DNA of 64,000 bases from Escherichia coli (lineage in GTDB: Bacteria; Pseudomonadota; Gammaproteobacteria; Enterobacterales; Enterobacteriaceae). Shown here in pieces: positions 29,910-43,260 of the stretch (its first letter is position 1; the number at the start of each line of letters is the position of its first letter). The stretch lies in the NCBI RefSeq assembly GCF_003334315.1, contig NZ_QOWR01000008.1. The stretch is one strand, 5' to 3'. The translations under genes were made by a program, and so were the position numbers. The notes below the pieces were generated by a model. The model ran no database searches. It had not been told where the DNA came from and worked only from the letters and a program-made list of their open reading frames with translations.

Positions 29910-30407
29910 ATGCTGAAACCAGAAATGATTGAAAAACTTAATGAGCAGATGAACCTGGAACTGTACTCTTCACTGCTTTATCAGCAAATGAGCGCCTGGT
30001 GCAGCTATCATACCTTCGAAGGTGCTGCCGCGTTCCTGCGCCGCCACGCCCAGGAAGAGATGACACATATGCAGCGTCTGTTTGATTACCTGACTGATAC
30101 CGGAAACTTACCACGTATTAATACCGTTGAATCTCCGTTTGCTGAATATTCTTCACTTGATGAATTATTCCAGGAAACCTATAAACACGAACAATTAATC
30201 ACGCAGAAAATTAACGAACTGGCTCATGCTGCAATGACCAATCAGGACTACCCAACATTTAATTTCCTGCAATGGTATGTTTCTGAGCAGCATGAAGAAG
30301 AGAAACTGTTCAAATCGATTATTGATAAATTAAGCCTGGCAGGCAAAAGCGGCGAAGGTCTGTATTTTATCGACAAAGAACTCTCTACCCTCGACACACA
30401 AAACTAA
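29910..30407 (+). CDS. ftnA: Ferritin FtnA
   Basis: ORF 29895-30407; start moved to [13 protein letters not shown] (165 aa). Confidence 0.95.
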
Positions 30408-30410
30408 TGC

Positions 30411-30440
30411 TCTCCGGCGGCAGGTTTTCTGCCGCCGTTT
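30411..30440. terminator. Bidirectional terminator between convergent ftnA and yecH
   Basis: Hairpin cggcggcag/ctgccgccg with flanking T-run. Confidence 0.65.
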
Positions 30441-30444
30441 CAAA

Positions 30445-30684
30445 TCAGTGACGGCAAATCTTACTCTGATCGGTCGAAAAACCGTCTTCAGAAGGAATAA
30501 ATTTGCCTTTTGCTGCCAGAAACGCCACCAGCTCTCCCGCTGTCATCCCTTCTGCCGAGCAGGTGTGAAAACGTGCCTGTTCACCAAAACGCGCTTTAAT
30601 CGCAGCTTCCAGACTGGCATGCGTATATTGCTCGCCTGATTCAATCATCATATTTAACACTTCATGACCGTGAATAGAGTCCAT
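30445..30684 (-). CDS. yecH: YecH, DUF2492 family protein
   Basis: 79-aa ORF matching recalled YecH. Confidence 0.9.
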   Translation of the reverse strand: MDSIHGHEVLNMMIESGEQYTHASLEAAIKARFGEQARFHTCSAEGMTAGELVAFLAAKGKFIPSEDGFSTDQSKICRH

Positions 30685-30766
30685 CGTTCCTCCTCAAAAA
30701 AAAGCCTAGCGTAGCGATTGCCGCTTATGAAGACTTTGCGCCAGCGCAGGACTGAATGCTTTTTAT

Positions 30767-30784
30767 TGTACATTTATATTTACA
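30767..30784. promoter_or_regulatory. TyrR box in the tyrP promoter
   Basis: tgtacatttatatttaca fits TGTAAA-N6-TTTACA about 90 nt upstream of the tyrP start. Confidence 0.75.
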
Positions 30785-30875
30785 CCATATGTAACGTCGG
30801 TTTGACGAAGCAGCCGTTATGCCTTAACCTGCGCCGCAGATATCACTCATAAAGATCGTCAGGACAGAAGAAAGC

Positions 30876-32087
30876 GTGAAAAACAGAACCCTGGGAAGTG
30901 TTTTTATCGTGGCGGGAACCACAATTGGCGCAGGCATGCTGGCAATGCCGCTGGCTGCGGCAGGTGTTGGTTTTAGCGTCACGTTAATCTTGTTGATTGG
31001 GCTTTGGGCGTTGATGTGCTACACGGCGCTATTACTGCTGGAGGTGTACCAGCATGTTCCGGCAGATACCGGCTTGGGCACGCTGGCAAAACGCTATCTG
31101 GGACGCTACGGCCAATGGCTGACGGGCTTCAGTATGATGTTCTTAATGTATGCTCTGACTGCGGCATACATCAGCGGTGCTGGTGAATTGTTGGCCTCCA
31201 GCATCAGCGACTGGACAGGTATTTCAATGTCGGCAACCGCTGGCGTGCTGTTGTTCACTTTTGTTGCCGGTGGCGTGGTTTGTGTCGGAACTTCGCTGGT
31301 CGATTTGTTTAACCGTTTTCTGTTCAGCGCCAAGATTATTTTTCTGGTGGTAATGCTGGTACTACTGCTACCGCATATTCACAAAGTGAATCTTTTAACC
31401 CTGCCGTTGCAACAGGGGCTGGCACTATCTGCAATCCCGGTGATTTTTACGTCGTTTGGTTTTCACGGTAGCGTGCCGAGTATTGTCAGCTATATGGATG
31501 GCAACATTCGTAAGCTACGCTGGGTGTTTATAACCGGTAGTGCGATCCCCCTGGTGGCATATATTTTCTGGCAGGTGGCGACGCTTGGCAGCATTGATTC
31601 AACAACCTTTATGGGATTGCTGGCTAATCATGCCGGATTAAACGGGCTGTTACAGGCGTTACGCGAAATGGTGGCCTCTCCGCATGTTGAGCTGGCAGTG
31701 CATTTATTTGCTGATTTAGCCCTCGCCACGTCATTTCTCGGCGTTGCGTTAGGCTTATTTGATTATCTGGCTGATTTGTTTCAGCGTTCAAATACCGTTG
31801 GTGGACGATTGCAAACTGGTGCAATTACCTTTCTGCCGCCGTTGGCGTTTGCACTGTTTTATCCACGAGGATTTGTGATGGCGCTGGGTTACGCCGGTGT
31901 GGCGCTGGCGGTACTGGCATTGATTATCCCTTCACTATTGACCTGGCAAAGCAGAAAGCACAATCCTCAGGCGGGTTACCGGGTGAAAGGTGGTCGTCCG
32001 GCGCTGGTGGTGGTGTTTCTCTGTGGTATTGCTGTGATTGGCGTGCAATTTTTGATTGCGGCAGGGTTGTTACCAGAAGTGGGGTGA
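30876..32087 (+). CDS. tyrP: Tyrosine-specific transport protein
   Basis: 403-aa ORF with GTG start; multi-pass membrane protein matching recalled TyrP. Confidence 0.95.
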   Translation: MKNRTLGSVFIVAGTTIGAGMLAMPLAAAGVGFSVTLILLIGLWALMCYTALLLLEVYQHVPADTGLGTLAKRYLGRYGQWLTGFSMMFLMYALTAAYISGAGELLASSISDWTGISMSATAGVLLFTFVAGGVVCVGTSLVDLFNRFLFSAKIIFLVVMLVLLLPHIHKVNLLTLPLQQGLALSAIPVIFTSFGFHGSVPSIVSYMDGNIRKLRWVFITGSAIPLVAYIFWQVATLGSIDSTTFMGLLANHAGLNGLLQALREMVASPHVELAVHLFADLALATSFLGVALGLFDYLADLFQRSNTVGGRLQTGAITFLPPLAFALFYPRGFVMALGYAGVALAVLALIIPSLLTWQSRKHNPQAGYRVKGGRPALVVVFLCGIAVIGVQFLIAAGLLPEVG

Positions 32088-32148
32088 TCAGATAGCCTCA
32101 AATTCCTTATTGGGTGCCAGAATTAACGCTGACACCCAATTTGACTTC

Positions 32149-32814
32149 TTAATGCAGGCAGCACTGCTTAAATTTCTTACCACTGCCGCACGGACAAGGA
32201 TCGTTACGCCCCGGTTTCTCTTCTGCTTTGATCGGTTGCTGAACAGCTTTTTCCTGCGGATGCGCCATCCAGTATGCATGTAAATCAAGCGCCGCCAGTC
32301 GAATGGCATCTACGCTCTCTTCAAACGCTTCTGGCGACATCTTCTCTACCCGCTCGAAGTTGTCCTCAGTACCGTGCAGCGCTATCGCCTCCAGCGCTGG
32401 TTTTAACGAATCGGGCAATGTTGACCAGTCAGAAAGTGCCACGCCCCGCATATAGCCAAAGCACCACTCCTCAACAATCGTCAGCTCGCTGCCATCAACT
32501 TCTCGCAAGCCGAATAGCGGCTCAAACTGCTCCGGGAATTCGTTCAGACGCTCTGCGGTATCGGCCATATGTTGAAAGGCCAGGTTCATAAAGCGTGTCA
32601 TCTCTTTCTCAGACGCCCAGCGCGGCACATAGTCAGCCCCACCCCACACGGCAACCAGCCACTGTGCCGGTTCAATCTCTTGCGGAGAACTCAACACCGC
32701 CGTCAATAAACCGTCCAGCTCCGCCACATCAAGGATGGCGTGGTCAGTGTTGTATTTGGTCAGAATATCGTCCAGCCATTCCAACTCACTTTCGTTTAAC
32801 GGTCCCGTTTTCAT
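32149..32814 (-). CDS. yecA: YecA, UPF0149 family protein with C-terminal SEC-C metal-binding motif
   Basis: 221-aa ORF; C-terminal [13 protein letters not shown] motif. Confidence 0.93.
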   Translation of the reverse strand: MKTGPLNESELEWLDDILTKYNTDHAILDVAELDGLLTAVLSSPQEIEPAQWLVAVWGGADYVPRWASEKEMTRFMNLAFQHMADTAERLNEFPEQFEPLFGLREVDGSELTIVEEWCFGYMRGVALSDWSTLPDSLKPALEAIALHGTEDNFERVEKMSPEAFEESVDAIRLAALDLHAYWMAHPQEKAVQQPIKAEEKPGRNDPCPCGSGKKFKQCCLH

Positions 32815-32942
32815 ACGCTTTTCCTTGTGGATCTCAACTCGCCAGCACCTATCTTACATGCCGGTCCGTATCAGAGATACTTTTTGAGTGGCTTTGCCGG
32901 TGATTAAAAATTAAGGAGGGTGTAACGACAAGTTGCAGGCAC

Positions 32943-32970
32943 AAAAAAACCACCCGAAGGTGGTTTCACG
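32943..32970 (-). terminator. Rho-independent terminator of the leuZ-cysT-glyW tRNA operon
   Basis: Minus strand hairpin ccacc-ttcg-ggtgg followed by a 7-nt U-run. Confidence 0.75.
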
Positions 32971-33009
32971 ACACTGCTTATTGCTTTGATTTTATTCTTA
33001 TCTTTCCCA

Positions 33010-33096
33010 TGGTACCCGGAGCGGGACTTGAACCCGCACAGCGCGAACGCCGAGGGATTTTAAATCCCTTGTGTCTACCGATTCCACCATCCGGGC
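33010..33096 (-). tRNA. leuZ: tRNA-Leu (anticodon UAA)
   Basis: Minus strand reads GCCCGGATGGTGGAATCGGTAGACACAAGGGATTTAAAATCCC...GGGTACCA (87 nt) with encoded CCA. Confidence 0.95.
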
Positions 33097-33108
33097 TCGG
33101 GAAGAAAG

Positions 33109-33182
33109 TGGAGGCGCGTTCCGGAGTCGAACCGGACTAGACGGATTTGCAATCCGCTACATAACCGCTTTGTTAACGCGCC
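33109..33182 (-). tRNA. cysT: tRNA-Cys (anticodon GCA)
   Basis: Minus strand reads GGCGCGTTAACAAAGCGGTTATGTAGCGGATTGCAAATCCGTC...CTCCA (74 nt). Confidence 0.95.
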
Positions 33183-33236
33183 AAATTCTTCAGGCCTTTC
33201 AGCCAGACATCCGCTTGAGGCCGATGTCTTTTAAAC

Positions 33237-33312
<76 letters not shown>

Positions 33313-33463
33313 ATTCATCAAGCAATCAGTTAATCACTTGATTTTATTATCGTCTGGCAATCAGTGCCGCCGTTCGATGCGTTGCATTCTACTTACCTGG
33401 CGCGATGAGTCAACGATATTTTTCACCACTTTTGATCGTTTGCTGAAAATTGCACCAAAGCGA

Positions 33464-34012
33464 TCACTGATCAAGCAAATCTGCACGCGCAGCGCTCAAA
33501 TATTGCAACATTGACCACAGAGTCAGTACCGCAGCCACAAAGAAAAGTGCAATACCGGCGTACTCAACCCAAATGTTCGGACGCCACAGCAGCCAGGCCA
33601 ACGCCACCATCTGGGCCGTAGTTTTCACTTTCCCAATCCAGGAGACAGCCACGCTACTGCGTTTACCCAACTCCGCCATCCATTCGCGTAGCGCAGAAAT
33701 AATAATTTCACGGGCGATCATCGTTGCCGCCGGTAAGGTCACCCACCAGCTGTGATAATGCTCGGTTACCAGCACCATGGCGATAGCCACGAGAACTTTA
33801 TCTGCGACAGGGTCAAGGAAAGCACCAAACCGGGTACTCTGGTTCCAGCGGCGTGCCAGAAAACCATCGAACCAGTCAGTCACCGCCGCGACGCAGAAAA
33901 TGAGCGCGGCGGCAAACGGCGACCAGGTGACAGGCAGATAAAAGACCAATACAAAGAATGGGATAAGGATGACACGGAACAGTGTAAGCAACGTAGGGAT
34001 ATTAAATTGCAT
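33464..34012 (-). CDS. pgsA: CDP-diacylglycerol--glycerol-3-phosphate 3-phosphatidyltransferase (phosphatidylglycerophosphate synthase)
   Basis: 182-aa ORF with CDP-alcohol phosphatidyltransferase motif. Confidence 0.95.
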
Positions 34013-34068
34013 AATGACGGGTAACTATCTGTTGTCAGTAAGATTACCCCTATGTTGCTACAGAGACA

Positions 34069-35901
34069 TCAATGTTTCAACGACCAGAAGATCTTTTCTG
34101 CCAGACCTTGCGAAATACCCGGCACTTTTGCAATTTCCTCGACGCTGGCGTTACGTAAACCTTGCAAACCGCCCATATATTTCAACAACATTTGCCGGCG
34201 TTTTGGCCCGACGCCTTCAATGGTTTCCAGGGAACTGGTATTTTTGACCTTCGCCCGTTTTTTACGGTGCCCGCCAATCGCGTGATCGTGTGATTCATCG
34301 CGAATATGCTGGATAACATGCAGCGCGGGAGAATCTGGCGGCAAACTGAATCCCTCACCTTCCGGCTCAAAGAACAGCGTTTCCAGCCCAGCCTTACGAT
34401 CTACTCCTTTGGCAACGCCAAGTAGCAGCGGATGATTTTTATCCCATGAGACATCCAGTTCGGCGAAGACATTTTTCGCCTGCGCAAGCTGGCCTTTGCC
34501 GCCGTCGATAAGTATCACATCCGGGATCTTACTGTCGTCGATGGCTTTACCATAACGCCGACGCAGCACCTGATTCATCGCCGCATAATCATCGCCCGGC
34601 GTGATGCCAGTAATGTTATAGCGCCGATACTCCGCACGCAGCGGGCCGTTAGCATCAAACACCACACAGGAAGCGACGGTTTGTTCACCCATGGTATGGC
34701 TGATGTCAAAGCACTCCATCCGCTTCACTTCCGGCAATTTCAACACACTGGCAAGTGCTGTAAGCCGCTGGTGAACGGTAGATTGCTGCGAAAGTTTGCT
34801 GGTTAAGGCCGTCGCCGCATTGGTGCGCGCGAGTTTCAGATAACGCGCCCGATCGCCGCGAGGTTTGGTTTGAACATTAATCTTGCGTCCCGCCAGTTCT
34901 GAAAGGGAATCGGCGAGCAGCGTTTTATCGCTAAGATTAAAATCGAGCAGGATCTCACCCGGTAAGGTGCGCATCTGGCTGCCTTGTAAATAGAACTGAC
35001 CTACGAAGGTTTCTACCACCTCGCTCAGTTCCGTACCGCCAGGCACTTTCGGGAAATAGCTGCGGCTGCCGAGCACTTTGCCCTGACGAATGAACAATAC
35101 GTGGACACAAGCCATGCCCGCATCGAACGCCACACCAATAACGTCGAGGTCGTCGCCGGTATTGGAAACGAATTGTTTTTCGGTGACGCGTCGCACCGCC
35201 TGAATTTGGTCGCGAATACGTGCCGCTTCTTCAAACTCCAGATTCTGGCTGGCAGTTTCCATACGACTAATGAGTTGCGTAAGCACCTGATCATCTTTGC
35301 CAGACAAAAACAGGCGCACATACTCGACCTGCTGAGCGTATTCTTCTTCACTCACCAGTCCTTCAACGCACGGTCCCAGACAGCGCCCTATCTGATATTG
35401 CAGACACGGACGCGAGCGATTGCGATAAACACTATTTTCGCACTGGCGAATGGGGAAAATCTTTTGCAGTAGCGCCAGTGTTTCACGTACGGCATAGCCA
35501 TTCGGGAACGGGCCGAAATATTCACCTTTGGCATGCTTCGCACCACGATGCATCGCCAGACGCGGGTGGGTATCGCCACTCAGGAAGATAAAAGGATAAG
35601 ATTTATCATCGCGTAGCAAAACGTTGTAACGCGGCTGATAGAGTTTGATGTAGTTGTGTTCCAGCAACAGCGCTTCGGTTTCTGTATGAGTAACCGTTAC
35701 ATCAATTTGCTGGATCTGGGCGACCAGCGCTTCGGTTTTGCGCGAAGCGAGGTTGCTACGGAAATAGCTGGAAAGCCGTTTTTTCAGGTCTTTCGCTTTG
35801 CCGACATAGATAACCGTACCACCAGCATCGTACATGCGATAAACGCCTGGCTGGCTGGTTACGGTTTTTAAAAACGCTTTTGCGTCAAACTGATCACTCA
35901 C
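34069..35901 (-). CDS. uvrC: Excinuclease ABC subunit C
   Basis: 610-aa ORF with GIY-YIG N-terminal domain; matches recalled UvrC. Confidence 0.95.
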   Translation of the reverse strand: MSDQFDAKAFLKTVTSQPGVYRMYDAGGTVIYVGKAKDLKKRLSSYFRSNLASRKTEALVAQIQQIDVTVTHTETEALLLEHNYIKLYQPRYNVLLRDDKSYPFIFLSGDTHPRLAMHRGAKHAKGEYFGPFPNGYAVRETLALLQKIFPIRQCENSVYRNRSRPCLQYQIGRCLGPCVEGLVSEEEYAQQVEYVRLFLSGKDDQVLTQLISRMETASQNLEFEEAARIRDQIQAVRRVTEKQFVSNTGDDLDVIGVAFDAGMACVHVLFIRQGKVLGSRSYFPKVPGGTELSEVVETFVGQFYLQGSQMRTLPGEILLDFNLSDKTLLADSLSELAGRKINVQTKPRGDRARYLKLARTNAATALTSKLSQQSTVHQRLTALASVLKLPEVKRMECFDISHTMGEQTVASCVVFDANGPLRAEYRRYNITGITPGDDYAAMNQVLRRRYGKAIDDSKIPDVILIDGGKGQLAQAKNVFAELDVSWDKNHPLLLGVAKGVDRKAGLETLFFEPEGEGFSLPPDSPALHVIQHIRDESHDHAIGGHRKKRAKVKNTSSLETIEGVGPKRRQMLLKYMGGLQGLRNASVEEIAKVPGISQGLAEKIFWSLKH

Positions 35902-36554
35902 TGACTTGATAATGTCTCCGCATTACACAGACCATGGCGAATTGCCAGGTGAGTCAGCTCAACATCGCCATGAATGTTTAGTTTACTGAACATACGATAG
36001 CGGTAGCTGTTCACCGTTTTCGGACTGAGATTGAGCTGTTCTGAGATCTCATTGACCTTCTGGCCCTTGGTGATCATCAGCATAATCTGCAATTCACGTT
36101 CAGACAAACTGGCAAATGGGCTTTCTGTTTTTTCTGGTTCGATCTGGCTTAACGCCATTTGTTGAGCGATGTCAGAAGCAATGTAACGCTGCCCTGAATA
36201 GACAGAACGAATCGCACTCACGACTTCCTGCGGAGCCGCGCCTTTGCTGAGGTAGCCCGCAGCACCGGCCTGCATGACTTTCGCTGGTAAAGGGTTTTCT
36301 GTATGGACGGTAAGCATGATGATTTTGACATCAGCTGTGGAACGCGCGATTTTACGCGTCGCCTCAAGACCGCCAATGCCCGGCATACTCATGTCCATTA
36401 GCACCACGTCAACGGCATTTGCCCGACACCACTTAACGGCGTCTTCACCGCACGATGCCTCACCGACGACTTTTATACCCTTTATATCTTCCAGAATGCG
36501 TCGTATCCCTGCGCGCACCAGTTCGTGGTCATCAACAAGTAGAACGTTGATCAA
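35898..36554 (-). CDS. uvrY: Response regulator UvrY (partner of BarA)
   Basis: 218-aa ORF with receiver domain and LuxR-type HTH; overlaps uvrC by 4 nt. Confidence 0.96.
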   Translation of the reverse strand: MINVLLVDDHELVRAGIRRILEDIKGIKVVGEASCGEDAVKWCRANAVDVVLMDMSMPGIGGLEATRKIARSTADVKIIMLTVHTENPLPAKVMQAGAAGYLSKGAAPQEVVSAIRSVYSGQRYIASDIAQQMALSQIEPEKTESPFASLSERELQIMLMITKGQKVNEISEQLNLSPKTVNSYRYRMFSKLNIHGDVELTHLAIRHGLCNAETLSSQ

Positions 36555-37012
36555 AGGAATATCTCCAGAAATAGGGATAACGCTACTGATAGTTAGTCAT
36601 TCGTATATTAGCGGTTTTTATTGCAACTTTGAAACGTTAAAAATGGTGGGTATTCGATTTTTCTCTCGTTTTTGTCAATTCGATTGTCCACAGTTATGGT
36701 CACGCCCGTCACCAACGGCTTACCGGATCGTTTCACAGTAAGCCCGGCGATGAAATGTGACAAAAATTGACTTTATTCAGCAAAAATGAAAATCAGCCCG
36801 CTGAATATGTAACATTAATTAACCCAAACAATACGGGCAAAAAACATTCATGATAAAAATATTTATTGGTCATTATATTAACGTATTTTATAGCACTGTT
36901 GATATCACGCTCAAAAAACAACCACTGCTATTTTTAGCAAAGCTTATGGTATACTCCGCCGCCTTAACATTTTTCACCGCAAATTTTCATTGCAACATGA
37001 CGAGGAAAATAA

Positions 37013-37237
37013 ATGAGTACGCCTGATTTTTCTACTGCCGAGAATAATCAAGAACTGGCAAATGAAGTCTCCTGCCTGAAAGCGATGCTGACGCTGATGC
37101 TGCAGGCGATGGGACAAGCTGACGCGGGCCGCGTGATGTTAAAGATGGAAAAACAGCTTGCGCTGATCGAAGACGAAACCCAGGCTGCAGTATTTTCCAA
37201 AACGGTTAAGCAAATTAAACAAGCCTACCGTCAGTAA
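37013..37237 (+). CDS. yecF: YecF, DUF2594 family protein
   Basis: 74-aa ORF matching recalled YecF. Confidence 0.9.
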
Positions 37238-37240
37238 TAT

Positions 37241-37277
37241 AAAACCGGCTGAGAACGTGCCTTTCAGCCGGTTTTTG
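37241..37277 (+). terminator. Rho-independent terminator of yecF
   Basis: Hairpin aaaaccggctga/tcagccggtttt followed by a T-run. Confidence 0.7.
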
Positions 37278-37303
37278 CATCTGACACGCAGAAAGAAAAG
37301 AGA

Positions 37304-38026
37304 TCAAATTAAGCCAGTAGCGGCCGCGTAACAGGCAACCTGGGTCTTATTCGGTGCATTGATTTTTTTCTGCATGTTTTTCTGATGGAAATTGACCGTA
37401 TTCTCAGAGATTGACAAAATCATCGCTATCTCTGCTGATGTCTTCCCTTCCGCCGTCCACCTCAGAATTTCTTTTTCGCGCTTGCTGAAATTCATCTCTG
37501 GCGTCATCACTATTTCATCATTTAAACGCATCAGAGCCATCAGACTTTCGCGCACCAGTAACTGCATTTTTAATTGCAGTTCATCACTAAGAATGGGTAT
37601 TTCGCGCGCGCTGCAACGGGAAAAGGACAAAAAGCCCAGCGCCCGGTTTGGCAGCATTAAATACTGAGTGACACCGCGGCGTAAACCATGTGCGCGCGCG
37701 GCTTCCCATAACGGCTGTGCTTCGTTGAATAAGTCATCATTCCACATTAGATGGCCCTGACTAAAGTTTTCAGGGTTCAGCACCGGATCAATTGCGAGAA
37801 AGTTTTTTGCCTGATAATAACTAACCCACGCCTCAGGGTAATTGGTGTAGAAAGCCACTTTAGGTCGCGTGAATGGTACCGGGTGGCGAACACATAACGA
37901 ATAGTAATCGTACTCCAGCTGCTGAGCCTGAAGCTCTATTTCATGGTAGACCTCTTCTGCGGCCTCCATCCTCTGAAAACGCAACAGCATCGTGCGACGC
38001 CAGCTGAAAAAATCCGTATCCTGCAT
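37304..38026 (-). CDS. sdiA: LuxR-family quorum-sensing regulator SdiA
   Basis: ORF 37304-38038; start moved to MQDTDFFSWRRTMLL (240 aa). Confidence 0.94.
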   Translation of the reverse strand: MQDTDFFSWRRTMLLRFQRMEAAEEVYHEIELQAQQLEYDYYSLCVRHPVPFTRPKVAFYTNYPEAWVSYYQAKNFLAIDPVLNPENFSQGHLMWNDDLFNEAQPLWEAARAHGLRRGVTQYLMLPNRALGFLSFSRCSAREIPILSDELQLKMQLLVRESLMALMRLNDEIVMTPEMNFSKREKEILRWTAEGKTSAEIAMILSISENTVNFHQKNMQKKINAPNKTQVACYAAATGLI

Positions 38027-38217
38027 AGTAAACCGCAACGCCCCTGAGAGTGAGTATCATTTATAATGATAATTCAAACTATCACATAAATAAGATTTAT
38101 ATATAATTTATATTATTCAGGCAATGAATTACTTTTGCAAGCCATCACATTCTCTTATGTTATTAATGAGTTATGCTGATTTGTTAAGCAGTTTTATCAC
38201 GCTTGAAATAGCGTCCC

Positions 38218-38252
38218 GCCCCGACAGGTGAATCGTCGGGGCTGATTTTTTC
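38218..38252. terminator. Terminator-like hairpin just downstream of tcyN; the T-run is on the plus strand
   Basis: Stem gccccgac/gtcggggc with 9-nt loop; plus-strand T-run at 38246-38252 and an A-run on the other flank. Confidence 0.5.
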
Positions 38253-38255
38253 TTA

Positions 38256-39008
38256 TTATTGCAGCAGAAACTTCTCGAGGAACTGGCGGGTGCGAGGCTG
38301 CTGGGGATCGGCAAATAACGCTTTTGCTGCCCCCTGCTCGACTATCCGCCCCTGGTCCATAAAAATCGCCCGGTCCGCAACATCCCGGGCAAAGCTCATT
38401 TCGTGCGTCACAATCACCATCGTGCGCTTTTCCTGCGCCAGCTGACGGATGGTATTCAGGACTTCGCCCACCAGCTCTGGATCCAGCGCTGACGTTGGCT
38501 CGTCAAACAAAATCACCTCAGGACGCATTGCCAGCGCACGCGCAATCGCAACACGCTGCTGTTGACCGCCAGACAAACGACGTGGATAGCTGGTTTCTTT
38601 ACCGGCCAGCCCAACTTTCGCCAGTAGCTCGCGAGCGCGCGCCGTGGCCTCTTCTTTCGGTTCGCCTTTGACGATCACCGGCCCTTCAATAATGTTCTCC
38701 AGCACCGTACGATGCGGAAACAAATTAAAGTTCTGGAAGACAAACCCGACGTGCTGACGCAACTGGCGAATCAGCGATTTTTGCTGACTTAATGAACGTG
38801 CAGTATCAATAGTGATATCGCCAACGGTGATCGTTCCCGCTTCGGGTTGTTCCAGCAGATTTATGCTGCGTAGCAACGTGGTTTTGCCGGAACCACTCGG
38901 ACCGATAATTGCCACCACTTCGCCAGGCTTTACCTCGAGGTCGATACCGTGCAGCACCGTCTGACCGTGGAATTTTTTCACCAGGTTCTTAACTTCAATG
39001 GCACTCAT
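38256..39008 (-). CDS. tcyN: L-cystine ABC transporter ATP-binding protein
   Basis: 250-aa ORF with Walker A GPSGSGKTT and ABC signature; matches recalled YecC/TcyN. Confidence 0.93.
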   Translation of the reverse strand: MSAIEVKNLVKKFHGQTVLHGIDLEVKPGEVVAIIGPSGSGKTTLLRSINLLEQPEAGTITVGDITIDTARSLSQQKSLIRQLRQHVGFVFQNFNLFPHRTVLENIIEGPVIVKGEPKEEATARARELLAKVGLAGKETSYPRRLSGGQQQRVAIARALAMRPEVILFDEPTSALDPELVGEVLNTIRQLAQEKRTMVIVTHEMSFARDVADRAIFMDQGRIVEQGAAKALFADPQQPRTRQFLEKFLLQ

Positions 39009-39673
39009 TTTGGTTCTCTCTCCTGGCGATTAAGTTGATTCTCAAAATGGTTCTGCAACGTCGATAACACAGTCGCCATGATCCAGTAGATGAGCGAAGC
39101 CGCCAGATACATGGTGAACACCTCCAGCGTACGCGAGGTAATCAACTGCGCCTGACGGAACAGCTCCGGCACCTGGATTGTCGCGGCCAGCGACGTATCT
39201 TTTACCAGGCTGATAAAGCTGTTCGACAGCGGCGGCAACGCCACACGCGCCGCCTGTGGCAAAATCGCGCGACGCATGGTCTGCCACGGCGTCATACCAA
39301 TACTGGCTGCCGCTTCCCACTGACCTTTATCAATAGAAGAAATGGCGGCGCGCAGCGTTTCGGCAGCATAGGCGGCAGTGTTCAACGACAGACCAATCAT
39401 TGCTGACGGAATGGGATCTAATTCGATACCAAACTGCGGCAGGCCGTAATAGATCATAAACAGTTGTGCGATGAGCGGCGTACCACGAAAAATAGAGATA
39501 TAAAAACGCGCCAGCCAGCGCACGGGCCAGATTGGCGACAGGCGCATCAGCGCGAGAATAAACCCGAGCAGTAAGCCAAAAAACATGCCGCCGATACTGA
39601 GTTGCAGCGTATACCCAGCACCTTTCAGCAGGAACGGCAAGGAATCAATAACCAGTTGTATACTTTCTTGCAT
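39005..39673 (-). CDS. tcyL: L-cystine ABC transporter permease
   Basis: 222-aa ORF, polar amino acid permease family; matches recalled YecS/TcyL. Confidence 0.93.
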   Translation of the reverse strand: MQESIQLVIDSLPFLLKGAGYTLQLSIGGMFFGLLLGFILALMRLSPIWPVRWLARFYISIFRGTPLIAQLFMIYYGLPQFGIELDPIPSAMIGLSLNTAAYAAETLRAAISSIDKGQWEAAASIGMTPWQTMRRAILPQAARVALPPLSNSFISLVKDTSLAATIQVPELFRQAQLITSRTLEVFTMYLAASLIYWIMATVLSTLQNHFENQLNRQEREPK

Positions 39674-39687
39674 GAGCGTTTCCGGAG

Positions 39688-41579
<1,892 letters not shown>

Positions 41580-41666
41580 ATTCACCCCGAATGTTGTTAT
41601 GTCTGTTTGCAGTGTAGAGCCATTGTTTGTAAACACAAAAACAACTCCGCTACATCTTATTCTTAT

Positions 41667-42218
41667 TTAATATATATCAGAAGCAGGCAGGCTGGAGGAT
41701 TTCTGCACAAGTCCGGTACAGGTTTGGCGCTGATAGTGTTGATACTTCCGTAACGCGATGCGGTAATTGTTGGTGCTGGTGGTGGGCAGCCACGGGGCGA
41801 GGATTTCATCAAGGAAACCGTCCTGCAGCTGATCGAGGGAAATATTTTGCTCGTGTAGATGATTCCCCAAACGGCGCAGACGAACGACATATTCACGCAC
41901 CGTACCTGGGCTCATTTCAGTTTGCTCAAAAAGAAATTGCTTAAAGCCGATAATATCGAAAAAATCACTCTGCGTTTTGCAATGTAAATCACCGCAAAAT
42001 CGGCACAATGCCGCCCATGATTTTTGTTCCGTTTGCCAGCCCTTTTCATCAAGCAGCGTGTCCAGGCGGGAAATCTCGATTTTATTCACTATTTTGCCGT
42101 CGCGAACGAGGGTAATGCGATCGAGTAATTTACGGCAATGCGCGCAATGGGTCTGGCTGTGTTTAAAGTCTTTAAGATAGCGGCTTAATGGCCGTCTTTT
42201 CAGGTGCTGCACCATCAT
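41667..42218 (-). CDS. fliZ: Regulator FliZ (RpoS antagonist, flagellar class 2 regulator)
   Basis: ORF 41667-42254; start moved to MMVQHLKRRPLSRYL (183 aa). Confidence 0.9.
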   Translation of the reverse strand: MMVQHLKRRPLSRYLKDFKHSQTHCAHCRKLLDRITLVRDGKIVNKIEISRLDTLLDEKGWQTEQKSWAALCRFCGDLHCKTQSDFFDIIGFKQFLFEQTEMSPGTVREYVVRLRRLGNHLHEQNISLDQLQDGFLDEILAPWLPTTSTNNYRIALRKYQHYQRQTCTGLVQKSSSLPASDIY

Positions 42219-42263
42219 TAAGAACTCCTGGTAGTCAAAGTTAAAGTGCGGCATTTACTGACG

Positions 42264-42983
42264 TTATAACTTACCCAGTTTAGTGCGTAACCGTTTAATA
42301 GCCTGGCTGTGTAACTGACTGACCCGCGATTCCCCGACCTCCAGCACTGCACCAATCTCTTTGAGATTCAGCTCTTCCTGGTAATAGAGGGTTAATACCA
42401 GTTTTTCGCGCTCCGGCAACGTTTCGATGGCTTCCATCACCCGCTGGCGCAGATTATTGTCCAGCAGTTGTTGTAGCGGGTTTTCTCGCTGATGATCATC
42501 AGTAACCAGTTCGATGCTATCGCCGTGCTCTTCGCGCCACTCATCGTAGGAGAAGAGCTGGCTGTTATTGGTGTCGAGCAACATTTGGCGATAATCGGCA
42601 ATATCGATCCCTAAACGTTCCGCTACCTCAGTTTCCGTGGCGTTGCGGCCAAGTTCCTGCTCCAGTTGCCCTATTGCCTGTGCCACTTCACGCGCGTTGC
42701 GTCGCACGCTGCGCGGCACCCAGTCACGGCTGCGAAGTTCATCCAGCATAGCGCCACGGATACGCTGCACTGCGTAAGTTGTAAATGCCGTTCCTTGTAG
42801 GGCGTCATAGCGTTCGACGGCATTAAGTAACCCAATGCCGCCCGCCTGTAGCAGATCGTCAAGTTCCACGCTCGCGGGCAGTCGAACCTGCAGGCGCAAT
42901 GCTTCGTGACGCACCAGCGGGACATAACGCTGCCACAGCGAGTGTTTATCCATTACACCTTCAGCGGTATAGAGTGAATTCAC
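42264..42983 (-). CDS. fliA: Flagellar sigma factor sigma-28 (FliA)
   Basis: 239-aa ORF with sigma-70 region 2 and 4 motifs; matches recalled FliA. Confidence 0.96.
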   Translation of the reverse strand: MNSLYTAEGVMDKHSLWQRYVPLVRHEALRLQVRLPASVELDDLLQAGGIGLLNAVERYDALQGTAFTTYAVQRIRGAMLDELRSRDWVPRSVRRNAREVAQAIGQLEQELGRNATETEVAERLGIDIADYRQMLLDTNNSQLFSYDEWREEHGDSIELVTDDHQRENPLQQLLDNNLRQRVMEAIETLPEREKLVLTLYYQEELNLKEIGAVLEVGESRVSQLHSQAIKRLRTKLGKL

Positions 42984-43008
42984 GATAAACAGCCCTGCGT
43001 TATATGAG

Positions 43009-43016
43009 TTATCGGC
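43009..43016 (-). promoter_or_regulatory. Candidate sigma-28 -10 element (GCCGATAA) of the autoregulated fliA promoter
   Basis: Minus strand GCCGATAA about 25 nt upstream of the fliA start; the -35 is a poor match. Confidence 0.5.
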
Positions 43017-43102
43017 ATGATTATCCGTTTCTGCAGGGTTTTTAATCGGACGATTAGTGGGTGAAATGAGGGGTTATTTGGGGGTTACCGGTAAATTGCG
43101 GG

Positions 43103-43128
43103 CAGAAAAAACCCCGCCGTTGGCGGGG
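43103..43128 (-). terminator. Rho-independent terminator at the end of the fliC 3-prime UTR
   Basis: Minus strand hairpin ccccgcc-aacg-gcgggg followed by a U-run. Confidence 0.75.
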
Positions 43129-43149
43129 AAGCACGTTGCTGACAAATTA

Positions 43150-43260
43150 CCATTCATGTTGCCGGATGCGGCGTAACGCCTTATCCGGCCTACAAAAATC
43201 TGCAAATTCAATAAATTGCAATTCACCTTGTAGGCCTGATAAGCACAGCGCACCAGGCAA
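43150..43260. repeat. REP/BIME palindromic units within the fliC 3-prime UTR
   Basis: gccggatgcggcgtaacgccttatccggcctac and ggcctgataagcacagcgcaccaggc match REP consensus in inverted orientation. Confidence 0.75.
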
